Origin: Abiotrophia defectiva
GTDB lineage: Bacteria; Bacillota; Bacilli; Lactobacillales; Aerococcaceae
Assembly (NCBI GenBank): GCA_963546405.1
Contig: CAUUNL010000001.1
Coordinates: 19,261 to 83,260 of the forward strand
Direction of reading: 5' to 3'
DNA length: 64,000 bases
A program made the position numbers and the translations under genes. The notes under the pieces were generated by a model. It was not told where the DNA came from. It made no database searches and worked only from the letters and a program-made list of their open reading frames with translations. Positions 39,237 through 50,531 of the stretch are shown one piece after another. Every line of letters begins with the position of its first letter. Position 1 is the stretch's first letter.

Positions 39237-41153
39237 ATGAAGATTGTATTTTTTTTGAAACGATTTTCTGTGATTGTATATACAATTGCAATGATTGTAT
39301 TAGCTTTTACCAGTAATGTTCTGGCAGCCGAGCCACAAGTAATAGGTGGCAAAATCTATCGCTTTGATGCTAAGCAAGATTATACTGAAGCCACGTTGAA
39401 CAGTGCTGAGTTGCTTGAGGAAAGTGGCTTAGGTAAATTGACATTGGAAGGCGTATCAGATTATAAAGAAGGGGCTAAGAACGGTCTTACTAGCTATCAA
39501 ACTGCTGATAACAAAATGGACTTGCGTTACCAATTTGACTATGGAACGCTAGGACAAGAAGAGACCGAGTGGCACTTGGTTGAGGATAAGGTAAGTCAAT
39601 TTTACGGAGAAAAATTGCCCCATGATGTCCTGAAAGGCGCGATTATTGTCCAAACATCTCTTGACCAAACACAATGGACGACTGAATTCGTTAAAACAGA
39701 CTTTTTCAAGGAGTCGACTGACAGTTCAGAAGTTCTTTTCCATCCGAATGATCTTCAACTTCAAAATGGTGTATATGTTCGTGTGATTGTTACTTATAAA
39801 CTAGGTAAAAAAGTCAGCGAAGGTGCAAGTTGGAATCCTTTAGACCATGGGAAATTTGAATACCTTCGCCAAATGGAGGTTTATAATTTCCATCTAGAAA
39901 ACCAAGAAGCAGCAGGTCAAACTTTGAAGGCTTCTGACAGCCCAAGACGAGAGTTGGGGCGTAAAGAAGGTCGGGTAAAAGACAAGGGCTATTCAACTGT
40001 TCGAGAAATGGATAAGAATGACCCCCACTATAGTTGGGATTTAGGGACTTTTGTAGTTAATGGCTATACTAGAGAAACTGAAGATAACGGTGTGCCTGTT
40101 TTCTTGAAAAACGTAGGTGACAAGGTATCTCTTTGGTTTACACTGAAACAGAATATTGAAAAACTTAATGGTGATGAGCACTTAAAGATTTCCCATGACA
40201 GAGACGGTTATGACCAATTATTTGAGATTAAACAAACTGACTTCAAGCAAGGGGCTTTAATTATTCGTTACACGGACCACCAAGGAAATGTTCATGATCC
40301 TATTCTCTATCGGGATTTTCTTAGAGCCAATGCTCGAACGGGTGCAGATACTCGTGTACAACTTTTTGAAGAAGGTGACTATGAGGTTGCCTTGGATTAT
40401 GAGTTGGAACATGCGCCAACCCAGCTTGGTTCAGTTAAGGTACTTCCAGGCTATTCTAATTACCAAATTCTTTTCCGCTTTAAAATTCGGAATGGGAATA
40501 GTATGGTCTTCCCGATTAGTTTAGATAATGGTAGTGAGATTTCGGATTATAGCATCGTAAATGATGGTTTCCGCCTAGATATGGCACGTTCGCGCTATTT
40601 ATCAATTGATGTCACGAAATCAGAGATTAAGACAAACGACAATGGTGTATTAGTTGAGGATACGCGGTTCAGTCGACCAGCTAAAGATAATGATTCCTAT
40701 ACAGAAGAAGGTATTTATACCTTCACTGTTCGCAATCAATATACTGGAGGAGAACCTCTAACAAAAACGGTATTTGTTGGAAAGAATAAATATCTCAAGG
40801 CTCTCTCTAAGTATAAATTAACCGTTGATGGATTGAATCAACACCTAACAAAAGGTGAGACAGTCACGGAAGATGGTGACTTAACTGACGGCACGCGGAC
40901 CCTAACTGAAGATTCTATTAAATCTGAACAGCAGGTAGTACTAACCTCTGAGTCTAGCCTAATATCAGTGAATTTAGAGAATTCAGAGTCAAATGAAGCA
41001 AGAAAAGTGGATACCACAGCAACTACTTCTCAGTCATCTTCATCTACTTCTCTACCACTTGTAGTCTTGGTAGTGCTTGGATTAGGGGGCGCAACCGCAT
41101 ATTATCGCTTTATCTATCTAAAAAATAAGAAAGTTACTAAAGAAGGGGAGTAG
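39237..41153 (+). CDS. Large exported protein of unknown function with C-terminal membrane anchor
   Basis: Signal peptide (NVLA-AE), Ser/Thr-rich stalk, hydrophobic helix plus Lys-rich tail. Confidence 0.85.
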   Translation: MKIVFFLKRFSVIVYTIAMIVLAFTSNVLAAEPQVIGGKIYRFDAKQDYTEATLNSAELLEESGLGKLTLEGVSDYKEGAKNGLTSYQTADNKMDLRYQFDYGTLGQEETEWHLVEDKVSQFYGEKLPHDVLKGAIIVQTSLDQTQWTTEFVKTDFFKESTDSSEVLFHPNDLQLQNGVYVRVIVTYKLGKKVSEGASWNPLDHGKFEYLRQMEVYNFHLENQEAAGQTLKASDSPRRELGRKEGRVKDKGYSTVREMDKNDPHYSWDLGTFVVNGYTRETEDNGVPVFLKNVGDKVSLWFTLKQNIEKLNGDEHLKISHDRDGYDQLFEIKQTDFKQGALIIRYTDHQGNVHDPILYRDFLRANARTGADTRVQLFEEGDYEVALDYELEHAPTQLGSVKVLPGYSNYQILFRFKIRNGNSMVFPISLDNGSEISDYSIVNDGFRLDMARSRYLSIDVTKSEIKTNDNGVLVEDTRFSRPAKDNDSYTEEGIYTFTVRNQYTGGEPLTKTVFVGKNKYLKALSKYKLTVDGLNQHLTKGETVTEDGDLTDGTRTLTEDSIKSEQQVVLTSESSLISVNLENSESNEARKVDTTATTSQSSSSTSLPLVVLVVLGLGGATAYYRFIYLKNKKVTKEGE

Positions 41154-41157
41154 CTTT

Positions 41158-42345
41158 ATGAAACGTTTGTGGATTAAGATTTTAGTTTGCTTGTTGGTAT
41201 TTACTCAGTTCTCTGCCTATGCAAGTCGTCATTCCGTATTGGCGCAAGAAAGCCAAAGTGAGACCAGTAGTCCAGAGTTGGCTAGCCAAGAGGAGGAAAC
41301 AGAAAGTTTATCTCCATCCAATCCTGCTTACCTGAAGTCCCTTGAAGATTCTGTCTACGCGCAACTGAATGAGCAATTAGCGACGGATGATGTTAAGGTA
41401 GAGTCAGTAGAGGCAATTTATTATTCTAAAGAATACCTTGAAGAAATGCTCTACAATAGTAAGTCCAATATTTACTTTGGATATACTTTAGAGGAATTGA
41501 ATCAACAATTCAAAGGTCAACGTTATGTTTTCCAATTAAGTGAATCTGGCGAAACGGAAGTCGTACCTTTTGAAGATTATGACGATTCATTTGAGCGAAT
41601 CATTAAGAATATCGCGACAGGTTCTGGCGTTATTTTAGTCTGTGCGACGATTAGTATTGCAACAGGAGGAACTGCATCTGTTGTGTTTGCTGCAGCTGCT
41701 ACAACTGGACTTAAGGTTGGGGTGAGTTCAGCACTATCTACAGCAGTAATTTCCGGAGGCTTAACCGCTATCACTACAGGAGATTTAAAGGCTTCTGTCA
41801 AAAAAGCGGCTTTAGATTCAAGTGAAGCTTTCAAGTGGGGCGCAATAGTTGGTAGTGTATCTGGTGGGGTTGATGAGTGGCTAGGTCAATTGGCTGCAAA
41901 GAAAAAACTCATATCAGCTGTTAAGGCAAAGACCGGGATATCGGCATATCGTCAGTCTGAGATAGACTCTGTCGCCTACTATGGTAAAACGGGAGCCAAA
42001 CAGATTAAAACTCAAGTAAGTTTTTTGAACGGCAAGGAAGTTTCAACTAAAATAGCTGGTTCTACTCGCCCGGATATATTGGCTGTGATTGATGGGAAGC
42101 TACAGGCCATTGAAGTAAAAAACTATGATTTAGTAACGTCTTCCAATTTCAATTCTATGATTAATGTACTAAAGCGACAATTTAAGAACCGTGCCAAACA
42201 TCTTCCGGAAGGAATTGGACAGCGCCTAGCATTATATGTCCGAGGACATGGCTATTCGAAGCGTAATATTCAAGATTTTGTTCAACGAATTCGGGAAAAA
42301 TTGGCTGATGTAGTCCCAGATCTTCCTATCGACATCATTCAATAA
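41158..42345 (+). CDS. Signal-peptide protein with Gly/Ala-rich hydrophobic region and C-terminal PD-(D/E)XK toxin-like nuclease
   Basis: SVLA-QE cleavage site; QSE...QVSFLNGKEV...GSTRPD...AIEVKNYDL...LPEG. Confidence 0.75.
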   Translation: MKRLWIKILVCLLVFTQFSAYASRHSVLAQESQSETSSPELASQEEETESLSPSNPAYLKSLEDSVYAQLNEQLATDDVKVESVEAIYYSKEYLEEMLYNSKSNIYFGYTLEELNQQFKGQRYVFQLSESGETEVVPFEDYDDSFERIIKNIATGSGVILVCATISIATGGTASVVFAAAATTGLKVGVSSALSTAVISGGLTAITTGDLKASVKKAALDSSEAFKWGAIVGSVSGGVDEWLGQLAAKKKLISAVKAKTGISAYRQSEIDSVAYYGKTGAKQIKTQVSFLNGKEVSTKIAGSTRPDILAVIDGKLQAIEVKNYDLVTSSNFNSMINVLKRQFKNRAKHLPEGIGQRLALYVRGHGYSKRNIQDFVQRIREKLADVVPDLPIDIIQ

Positions 42346-42375
42346 AATAATGGGTAATTCAAGACTTAGATTATT

Positions 42376-42400
42376 AGCACAGCTTAGGCTGTGCTTTTTT
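42376..42400 (+). terminator. Intrinsic terminator closing the two-gene islet
   Basis: AGCACAGC-ttag-GCTGTGCTTTTTT. Confidence 0.8.
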
Positions 42401-42421
42401 ATTTTCAGGAGTTCATCCTCA

Positions 42422-42450
42422 TTGACAAAACGAACATACGTTCGTATACT
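42422..42450 (+). promoter_or_regulatory. SOS promoter with LexA box CGAACATACGTTCG (42431-42444)
   Basis: TTGACA-17 bp-TATACT with a Gram-positive CGAAC-N4-GTTCG box in the spacer. Confidence 0.92.
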
Positions 42451-42468
42451 TAAGATGAGGTGAATACA

Positions 42469-42825
42469 ATGGCAATGAATACAAATTATCATGACCGTGG
42501 CATGAAGAAGTGGCAGCCTTTTTTCTCCAGCCCTCATTTGAAGGCCAGTGTTCTGGCTAATCGAGAGGAGGTTTTGGCGACTTATCAGGCGCCAGAGGTC
42601 ATGACCGAGTCTGAGATTGATGCCCAACTCCAGCGGGCTTTCCAAGAAAGACTGAGGGTTAAGGTGACCCTCAATGTGCAGGTGGCAGAGCGCCATGCTT
42701 ATTATATGGGGCAGGTCATCGGACGGGCGGACCAGTTTGTCCTCATTGACAACTCGCCGGTCGAATATGAGACCATCCGCCACGTCCAAGTCTATGAGCC
42801 GACCAAGTGGTGGGACCATGCTTGA
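42469..42825 (+). CDS. YolD-like protein (UmuD functional analogue)
   Basis: YHDRGMKKW motif; GAGGTG RBS; overlaps the Y-family polymerase start. Confidence 0.75.
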   Translation: MAMNTNYHDRGMKKWQPFFSSPHLKASVLANREEVLATYQAPEVMTESEIDAQLQRAFQERLRVKVTLNVQVAERHAYYMGQVIGRADQFVLIDNSPVEYETIRHVQVYEPTKWWDHA

Positions 42826-44089
42826 CCGCGACCCTGAGCTTTTTCCCAAACAGGACATTCTCTGCATCGACTGCAAGTCCTTCTTCGCCAGTATTGAATG
42901 TGTGGAAAGGGGGCTAGACCCGCTGACAGCCAAGCTTTGCGTGGTCTCCAGGCCCCATCTTAAAGGGGGCTTGGTCCTGGCTAGCAGTCCTCGTATGAAG
43001 GCAGAATACGGCATTGGCACGGGCAGTCGGGTCTATGATTTACCTAAGCGGGATTCGGATATCGTCTTGGCACCGGCGCGTATGAATCTTTATGTTCAGC
43101 GCAACCATGATATCAACCGAATCTTCCTCCAGTATGTGGCTTGGGAAGATTTGCATGTTTATTCGATTGACGAGGCTTTCCTGGATGTGGGGCGCAGTCA
43201 TGCGCTCTTTGGTTCCAATTATCAGATTGCCTGGCAGATTCAACATGAAATTTACAAGCGCTATGGCCTACCGACCTGCGTGGGCATAGGGGATAATCTG
43301 CTACTTGCCAAGCTCTGTCTGGATAATGTGGCCAAGTACCGGCCGCCTTATCTAGCTTATTGGTCCTACGCTAGGATTCCGGAGACTGTTTGGAAGATTG
43401 GAAAGCTCAGTGATTTCTGGGGGATTGGTCGTCGCACTCAGACGGCACTAGAGGCCATGGGCATTTACACAGTAAGGGATTTGGCTCATGCTGATTTTGG
43501 GAAACTCAAGGCTCGCTTTGGGATCAAGGGAGCCGAACTCTACTATCATGCCAATGGCCTAGATGCCAGTGTCATACGTGAGGCCTATAGTCCTCAGAGC
43601 CAGGTTTATAGTGCTTCCCAGATTTTGGAAAGGGAGTACTTGGACTATAAGCAAGTTGCCTTGGTGGTCCGGGAAATGGCTGATAACTTGGCTAGTCGCC
43701 TGCGACGGGAAGGGCGGATGACTTCATGTCTAAGCCTGAGCCTAGGCTATGGCAAGGACATTATTCCCAAACGTTCGGGTGGTCAAATGACCTTTGAATT
43801 GACCTCTAGTAGCAAGCAGCTCATGGCCCACAGCCAAACCTTGCTCAAGCGCCACTATTTCCGTCTACCCGTTAAGACCCTGCATCTGACCGTCAGTCAC
43901 CTGCAAGTAGCGGGGCCGACCCAGCTCTCACTCTTTCAAGATCCAGAGCAGTCTGCCCAAGAAGAAAGGGCAGAACGCGTGGTGGACGCCGTCAGAGAAC
44001 GTTATGGCTATGGCAGTTTAGTCCGCGCTAGCAGTCTTTTGCCGGGGGCGACGGCGATTCAGCGAGCAGATTTGATTGGGGGCCACTAG
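42818..44089 (+). CDS. umuC: Y-family error-prone DNA polymerase (UmuC/UvrX-like)
   Basis: CIDCKSFFASIE, YSIDEAFLD, GIGDNLLLAK, WGIG, C-terminal IGGH. Confidence 0.92.
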   Translation: MLDRDPELFPKQDILCIDCKSFFASIECVERGLDPLTAKLCVVSRPHLKGGLVLASSPRMKAEYGIGTGSRVYDLPKRDSDIVLAPARMNLYVQRNHDINRIFLQYVAWEDLHVYSIDEAFLDVGRSHALFGSNYQIAWQIQHEIYKRYGLPTCVGIGDNLLLAKLCLDNVAKYRPPYLAYWSYARIPETVWKIGKLSDFWGIGRRTQTALEAMGIYTVRDLAHADFGKLKARFGIKGAELYYHANGLDASVIREAYSPQSQVYSASQILEREYLDYKQVALVVREMADNLASRLRREGRMTSCLSLSLGYGKDIIPKRSGGQMTFELTSSSKQLMAHSQTLLKRHYFRLPVKTLHLTVSHLQVAGPTQLSLFQDPEQSAQEERAERVVDAVRERYGYGSLVRASSLLPGATAIQRADLIGGH

Positions 44090-44169
44090 TTACCAAAAAG
44101 TACCTAATTGTTTTTTCTTGGCAAGGAGGCTAAACTAGGATTATAGCAAGAATGAAATGAGGGATTTAC

Positions 44170-45501
44170 ATGACACAACATTATCAAAATATCGTGATTG
44201 GCTTTGGTAAAGGGGGCAAAACCCTAGCTAAAACCTTGGCTAGTCGTCAAGAACAAGTACTCTTAATTGAAGCTTCTCCTAAAATGTACGGGGGGACCTG
44301 TATCAACATCGGCTGTATTCCATCTAAGACCTTGATTGAAGCAGCAGGCCAAGGTTTAGACTTCGAAGCAGCGGCTGCTCGTAAGGCTAAGTTAATTGCT
44401 GCTTTAAACGACAAAAACTATCACATGATTGCAGATGAAGCGAGTGCCGAAGTTTGGACTGGTTGGGCTCGTTTTACTGGCAACCACAGCCTTGAAGTCA
44501 CCTTGACTGACGGTCAAACTCGTCAAGTGACAGGGGACCGCATCTTCATTAACACCGGGGCTAAGACCGCCTTACCAGCTATTCCTGGCTTGGAAGGTAA
44601 TGACTTTGTCTTAACCTCAACAGAAGCTTTGGATTTACAAAAGTTGCCAAAACGTTTAGTTGTGGTAGGGGCAGGTTATATTGGTTTGGAAATGGCCGAC
44701 ATGTTCCGGACCTTCGGTTCTGAAGTGACAGTCTTGGATATCTTTGACCGCTTCATGCCACGTGAAGAACCAGAAATTGCCGCTCAAATTAAGGCGGATA
44801 TGGAAGCTGCTGGTTTGACCTTCTACTTAGGCATTCAAGATTTGGCCTTTGACGGTGGTACTGTGACCTATAACTATCAAGGGCAAAGTCAACGCCTAGA
44901 AGCTGATGCCATCTTGGTGGCAGCTGGTCGCCGTCCAAATACCGCGCAATTAGGCTTAGAAAATACGGATATTGAATTGGACGCTCAAGGTGCAGTGGTA
45001 GTGAACGAGCACTTAGAAACAGCAGTTCCTGGCGTTTACGCTCTGGGTGATGTCAAAGGTGGGCCACAATTCACCTATGTATCCCTAGATGATTTCCGCA
45101 TTGTTAAAGACCAACTCTGGGGTGACAAATCTCGCAAGGTGTCTGACCGGACCTTGATTCCTTACACCGTCTTCCTCCAAACCCCATTATCACATGTGGG
45201 CTTGACGGAAGCGCAGGCGGTGGAAGCAGGCCATGAGGTCTTAGTCTTCGGCTTACCAATGGCAGCTGTGCCTAAGGCTAAAGTCATTGGCAATGACCGC
45301 GGTAGCTTCAAGATTATTGTCAACAAGGCAGATCAAACCATTTTGGGTGCCACTCACTATGGGGTTATGTCACCAGAAGTCATTAACTTCTTGGCTCTAG
45401 CCATCAAGACCAAGGTGCCTTACACTGAAATTCGCGACTTCCTCTTCACCCATCCAACGATTGCGGAAGCCTTGAACGATGTCTTAAAACAACCAAAATA
45501 A
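44170..45501 (+). CDS. Flavoprotein disulfide reductase, RclA/Har (hypothiocyanite reductase)-like
   Basis: IGFGKGGKTLA, GGTCINIGCIPSK, GDVKGGPQFTYVSLDD, FTHPTIAEALND. Confidence 0.85.
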   Translation: MTQHYQNIVIGFGKGGKTLAKTLASRQEQVLLIEASPKMYGGTCINIGCIPSKTLIEAAGQGLDFEAAAARKAKLIAALNDKNYHMIADEASAEVWTGWARFTGNHSLEVTLTDGQTRQVTGDRIFINTGAKTALPAIPGLEGNDFVLTSTEALDLQKLPKRLVVVGAGYIGLEMADMFRTFGSEVTVLDIFDRFMPREEPEIAAQIKADMEAAGLTFYLGIQDLAFDGGTVTYNYQGQSQRLEADAILVAAGRRPNTAQLGLENTDIELDAQGAVVVNEHLETAVPGVYALGDVKGGPQFTYVSLDDFRIVKDQLWGDKSRKVSDRTLIPYTVFLQTPLSHVGLTEAQAVEAGHEVLVFGLPMAAVPKAKVIGNDRGSFKIIVNKADQTILGATHYGVMSPEVINFLALAIKTKVPYTEIRDFLFTHPTIAEALNDVLKQPK

Positions 45502-45506
45502 GCATG

Positions 45507-45536
45507 AGCGGCGAGGCCTAGGTCTCGCTGCTTTTT
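45507..45536 (+). terminator. Intrinsic terminator
   Basis: AGCGGCGAGGCC/GGTCTCGCTGCT plus T run. Confidence 0.7.
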
Positions 45537-45604
45537 GTCTAGTCGGACTACGGCAAAAGTGGTGGTTTTGATGGGCAAAGTTTGCTATAATGGGAGAGCA
45601 CTGA

Positions 45605-46771
<1,167 letters not shown>

Positions 46772-46839
46772 AAACTGCTAGCAATTTATAGCAGAGTCTG
46801 ATAAAGTATAGATTATAGAACACAATAAGGAGTGACAAA

Positions 46840-47166
46840 ATGGATTTACTAGTTAGTGTATTACCCTTTGTCTTAATCATGGGGGTTATGTACTTCTTCA
46901 TGATTCGCCCACAACAACGTCAAGCTCAAGAAAAGCAACAAATGTTGCAAGGCCTCAAAAAAGGGGACGCCATTGTAACAATTGGTGGCTTACATGGGGT
47001 TGTTGAAGAAGTTGACTTGGCTAACCGTCTGGTTGTCTTAGACTGCGAAGGCATCTACTTAACCTACGAATTAAGCGCTGTTGCCACTATTAAGCAAGGC
47101 GAACGCGTACGTCCTTCAGTAGCTGACTTAGAACCAAAAGAAGAAGTAAGCAATGAAGAAGCCTAA
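46840..47166 (+). CDS. yajC: Preprotein translocase subunit YajC
   Basis: YFFMIRPQQ...LKKGDAIVTIGGLHG; follows tgt. Confidence 0.95.
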   Translation: MDLLVSVLPFVLIMGVMYFFMIRPQQRQAQEKQQMLQGLKKGDAIVTIGGLHGVVEEVDLANRLVVLDCEGIYLTYELSAVATIKQGERVRPSVADLEPKEEVSNEEA

Positions 47167-47178
47167 GTCCTAGGCTCT

Positions 47179-47205
47179 AGCTGAGACTCTGTCTCAGCTT
47201 TTTTT
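47179..47205 (+). terminator. Intrinsic terminator
   Basis: AGCTGAGAC-tct-GTCTCAGCTTTTTTT. Confidence 0.85.
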
Positions 47206-47450
47206 GTGCCTATCATAAGAAAGGCAGGGGAGAAGTGACTAGAATGTTCGTCTTTTTGCTGACTTTATCAAAAAGAGAGAAAGCCTAGTAGAATAAGGAT
47301 TTAGCAGGTCTCTCCTAATCTAAGGGACAACATTCAAATGGAATTTTGATTTTTTGATGCAAGTGACTAGAGCACAAGGAGCAGATAGGCTATAATATAA
47401 GAGATACTAGACCCTAAGACATCAAATCGAAGGGACAAAGGATGTGACCT

Positions 47451-48389
47451 ATGAAAGCCTTTATTCGTTATATGGTCAAGCGCCTAGCCTACATGCTCTT
47501 GACGCTTTTTATTATTGTAACTGTCACTTTCTTCTTAATGAAGCTCCTGCCAGGGACGCCATTTTCCAATGAAGATCAGTTGACTGCTGCCCAAATTCAA
47601 ACCCTCAACGCTAAGTATGGCTTGGACCAGCCAATTTGGGTTCAATATGGGCGTTACTTGCTCAATATTCTCAAGGGAGACCTGGGGGTATCCTTCCAAT
47701 TTAATAATACGCCTGTTTCTCAGCTCATTATTGACCGGGCAGGGCCCTCTATGCAATTGGGCTTGCAGGCCATGTTGCTGGGGACAGTCCTAGGGACTTT
47801 CTTGGGCGTCATTTCGGCTGTCTACCAGAATACCTGGATCGACCGCTTTACTTCGGTCTTTGCAATTGCAGGTCGTTCAGTCCCAAGCTTTGTCTTCGCC
47901 GTTGTCCTGCAGTTTCTCTTTGCCGTGGTGCTGACTTGGTTCCCGATTGCCTTCTGGCGTGACGGCTTTGCTTCAACTGTTCTGCCAACTATTGCCTTGT
48001 CCCTGTCGCCGATGGCGGATGCGGCCCGCTTCGTCCGGACGGAAATGATTGAAGTCCTCAATGCGGATTATATTGAACTAGCTCGGGCCAAAGGCTTTAG
48101 CCGTTTCTATGTGGTGATGCGTCATGCCTTACGCAATGCCATCATCCCACTCCTGTCCATTATTGGCCCTATGACAGCAGGCTTGATGACAGGTTCCTTG
48201 GTAGTAGAGAATATTTTCTCTATTCCAGGTATCGGTGAACAATTCACCAAGTCGATTATGGTGAACGACTTTCCAACCATTATGGGGGTTACCATTCTCT
48301 ATTCCACCTTGTTAGTGGTAATGATCTTAATTTCTGACATAGTCAATGGGTTAATTGATCCAAGACTCCGTCTGACCGGAGGTGCCTAA
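47451..48389 (+). CDS. oppB: Oligopeptide ABC permease OppB
   Basis: YGLDQP, GDLGVS, YIELARAKG...RHALRNA, LIDPR. Confidence 0.95.
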   Translation: MKAFIRYMVKRLAYMLLTLFIIVTVTFFLMKLLPGTPFSNEDQLTAAQIQTLNAKYGLDQPIWVQYGRYLLNILKGDLGVSFQFNNTPVSQLIIDRAGPSMQLGLQAMLLGTVLGTFLGVISAVYQNTWIDRFTSVFAIAGRSVPSFVFAVVLQFLFAVVLTWFPIAFWRDGFASTVLPTIALSLSPMADAARFVRTEMIEVLNADYIELARAKGFSRFYVVMRHALRNAIIPLLSIIGPMTAGLMTGSLVVENIFSIPGIGEQFTKSIMVNDFPTIMGVTILYSTLLVVMILISDIVNGLIDPRLRLTGGA

Positions 48390-48390
48390 G

Positions 48391-49461
48391 ATGCAACATG
48401 AATTAGCTAAGTCTTCCTATAATGAGGCTTTACTAGCTCAAGCAGGGGACCTAACCGCGCAAAAACTGCAACTGGCTAAGCGTGACTGTGGCCGTCAAGA
48501 TGCCATGAGTGATGTGCCAGCCTTGAGTTTCTGGCAAGATTCTTGGCGCCGTTTGCGACGCAATAAGGCGGCCATGATTTCCTTGATTATTATTCTGGCC
48601 TTTATTATCTTGGCCATTCTGGCGCCTTGGATTGCGCCTTACTCACCAACGGCTCAGAATCCATCCTATGCTAATTTGCCACCTAAAATTCCAGGACTAG
48701 AAGGTTTATCCTGGTTTAATGGCTATGGGGCCAACCGGGCTGGAAAATTGGTCGATCGTTACCTAGCTGCCAAAGTACCGGCAGGTACCTACTATTATTT
48801 AGGAACTGACGCCCTAGGCCGTGACTTGCTGTCACGTATCCTCTATGGGACACGCATTTCCCTCTTGATTGCCTTTGTGGCAGCAGCCATTAACCTAGTC
48901 TTTGGTGTCATTTATGGCTTGGTTTCTGGGTGGTTTGGGGGTAAAATCGATACCCTCATGCAACGGATTTTAGAAATCCTATCAGGGATTCCTAACCTAG
49001 TCATCGTCATCCTCATGCTCTTGGTGCTCCAACCAGGGATTGTGTCCATTATTATCACCATTGCCTTGACCAGCTGGATTTCCATGTCTCGTGTGGTACG
49101 GGCTCAGACCATTCGTATCAAGCAACAAGAATATGTCTTAGCAGCTCGTGTGCTAGGCCAATCAACCCTTAAAATTATGTTCCGTCATATACTGCCTAAT
49201 ATGCTGGGCTTGATTATTGTCCAAGTCATGTTTGCTTTGCCGGCAGCTATCTTCTTCGAAGCCTTCCTAAGCTTCATTGGGATTGGGATTCCGGCGCCAG
49301 CAGCTAGTCTGGGGACTTTAATTAATGATGGTTACAAGACCTTCCGTTTCTTGCCACACTTAATGTGGTATCCAGCGGGTGTCATTTCGATTCTAATGCT
49401 AGCCTTCAACCTTCTGGCGGACGGCCTGCGTGACGCCTTCGACCCTAAAATGAAAGAGTAG
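48391..49461 (+). CDS. oppC: Oligopeptide ABC permease OppC
   Basis: WRRLRRNK, LGTDALGRDL, EYVLAAR...HILPN, DGLRDAFDPK. Confidence 0.95.
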   Translation: MQHELAKSSYNEALLAQAGDLTAQKLQLAKRDCGRQDAMSDVPALSFWQDSWRRLRRNKAAMISLIIILAFIILAILAPWIAPYSPTAQNPSYANLPPKIPGLEGLSWFNGYGANRAGKLVDRYLAAKVPAGTYYYLGTDALGRDLLSRILYGTRISLLIAFVAAAINLVFGVIYGLVSGWFGGKIDTLMQRILEILSGIPNLVIVILMLLVLQPGIVSIIITIALTSWISMSRVVRAQTIRIKQQEYVLAARVLGQSTLKIMFRHILPNMLGLIIVQVMFALPAAIFFEAFLSFIGIGIPAPAASLGTLINDGYKTFRFLPHLMWYPAGVISILMLAFNLLADGLRDAFDPKMKE

Positions 49462-49469
49462 GTGACTTT

Positions 49470-50531
49470 ATGACAGAACGTGTCTTAAGCATCGAGAATT
49501 TACAGGTTCAATTCAAAACCTATGCAGGAACTGTTCAAGCCATTCGAGGCGTGGACTTCCAGCTCCACAAAGGTGAAACCTTGGCCATCGTAGGGGAATC
49601 TGGTTCTGGTAAAACCGTAACCTCCCGTGCCATTATGCGTCTATTGAGCCAGAATGCCACCATAAACGAGGGCAAGATTGATTTTATGGGTCAAGACCTT
49701 CGCAACTTAAGTGATAAGCAAATGGAAAAAATCCGTGGCTCGCAAATTGCCATGATTTTCCAGGATCCCATGACTTCGCTTAACCCAACTTTAACCATCG
49801 GTCGTCAATTGGTGGAAGTTATCATCAAACATCGCAATTTTTCGCGTGCAGAAGCAGTCGCCGAAGCCTGCAACTTACTCAGTCTCTGCGGTATTAAGGA
49901 TCCTGAGCAACGCCTTAAGGATTACCCAAGTCAATTCTCAGGTGGTCAACGTCAACGGATTGTCATTGCCATCGCCTTGGCAGGGGACCCAGAAATTTTG
50001 ATTGCCGATGAACCAACGACCGCCTTAGACGTTACAGTTCAAGCACAAATTATTGAGCTCTTGCAAGATATTCAGCGTCAGAAGGGCATGGCTATTATCT
50101 TCATTACCCACGATTTAGGGGTGGTAGCCAATATCGCAGACCGCGTGGCGGTGATGTATGCGGGTCGACTAGTCGAAATTGGGCCCGTGGATGAAGTTTA
50201 CTATAATCCACAACATCCTTACACCTGGGGACTTTTGTCAGCGACGCCGACCTTGACCTCGTCAGGTCCGCTGTATGCCATTCCAGGAACCCCGCCTAAC
50301 TTGCTCAATCCACCAAAGGGCGATGCCTTTGCCTGCCGTAATGAGTATGCCTTGGATATTGATTTTGAACTGCAGCCTCCAATGTTTGAGGTTAATCCGG
50401 GCCACTATGCGGCGACTTGGCTTTTGCATCCAGAGGCCCCTAAAGTGACACCACCGGCTAGCATTCAAGAACGCTATGCCTACTATCAAGCTAAGAAGGA
50501 GGCTGAATCGCATGACAAAAGCTCTAATTGA
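49470..50531 (+). CDS. oppD: Oligopeptide ABC ATPase OppD
   Basis: [34 protein letters not shown]. Confidence 0.95.
   Translation: MTERVLSIENLQVQFKTYAGTVQAIRGVDFQLHKGETLAIVGESGSGKTVTSRAIMRLLSQNATINEGKIDFMGQDLRNLSDKQMEKIRGSQIAMIFQDPMTSLNPTLTIGRQLVEVIIKHRNFSRAEAVAEACNLLSLCGIKDPEQRLKDYPSQFSGGQRQRIVIAIALAGDPEILIADEPTTALDVTVQAQIIELLQDIQRQKGMAIIFITHDLGVVANIADRVAVMYAGRLVEIGPVDEVYYNPQHPYTWGLLSATPTLTSSGPLYAIPGTPPNLLNPPKGDAFACRNEYALDIDFELQPPMFEVNPGHYAATWLLHPEAPKVTPPASIQERYAYYQAKKEAESHDKSSN

Noticed and set aside
41060..41153. Sortase signal in the 638-aa protein
   Set aside because: SLPLVV is not LPXTG; treated as a plain C-terminal membrane anchor
42232..43020. 262-aa minus-strand ORF as a possible immunity gene for the nuclease
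   Set aside because: It is antisense to yolD/umuC, runs across the SOS promoter and terminator, and has no recognisable protein features; treated as a shadow ORF
44170..45501. Mercuric reductase / mer operon
   Set aside because: No C-terminal Cys-Cys, no metal-binding N-domain, no merR or transport genes
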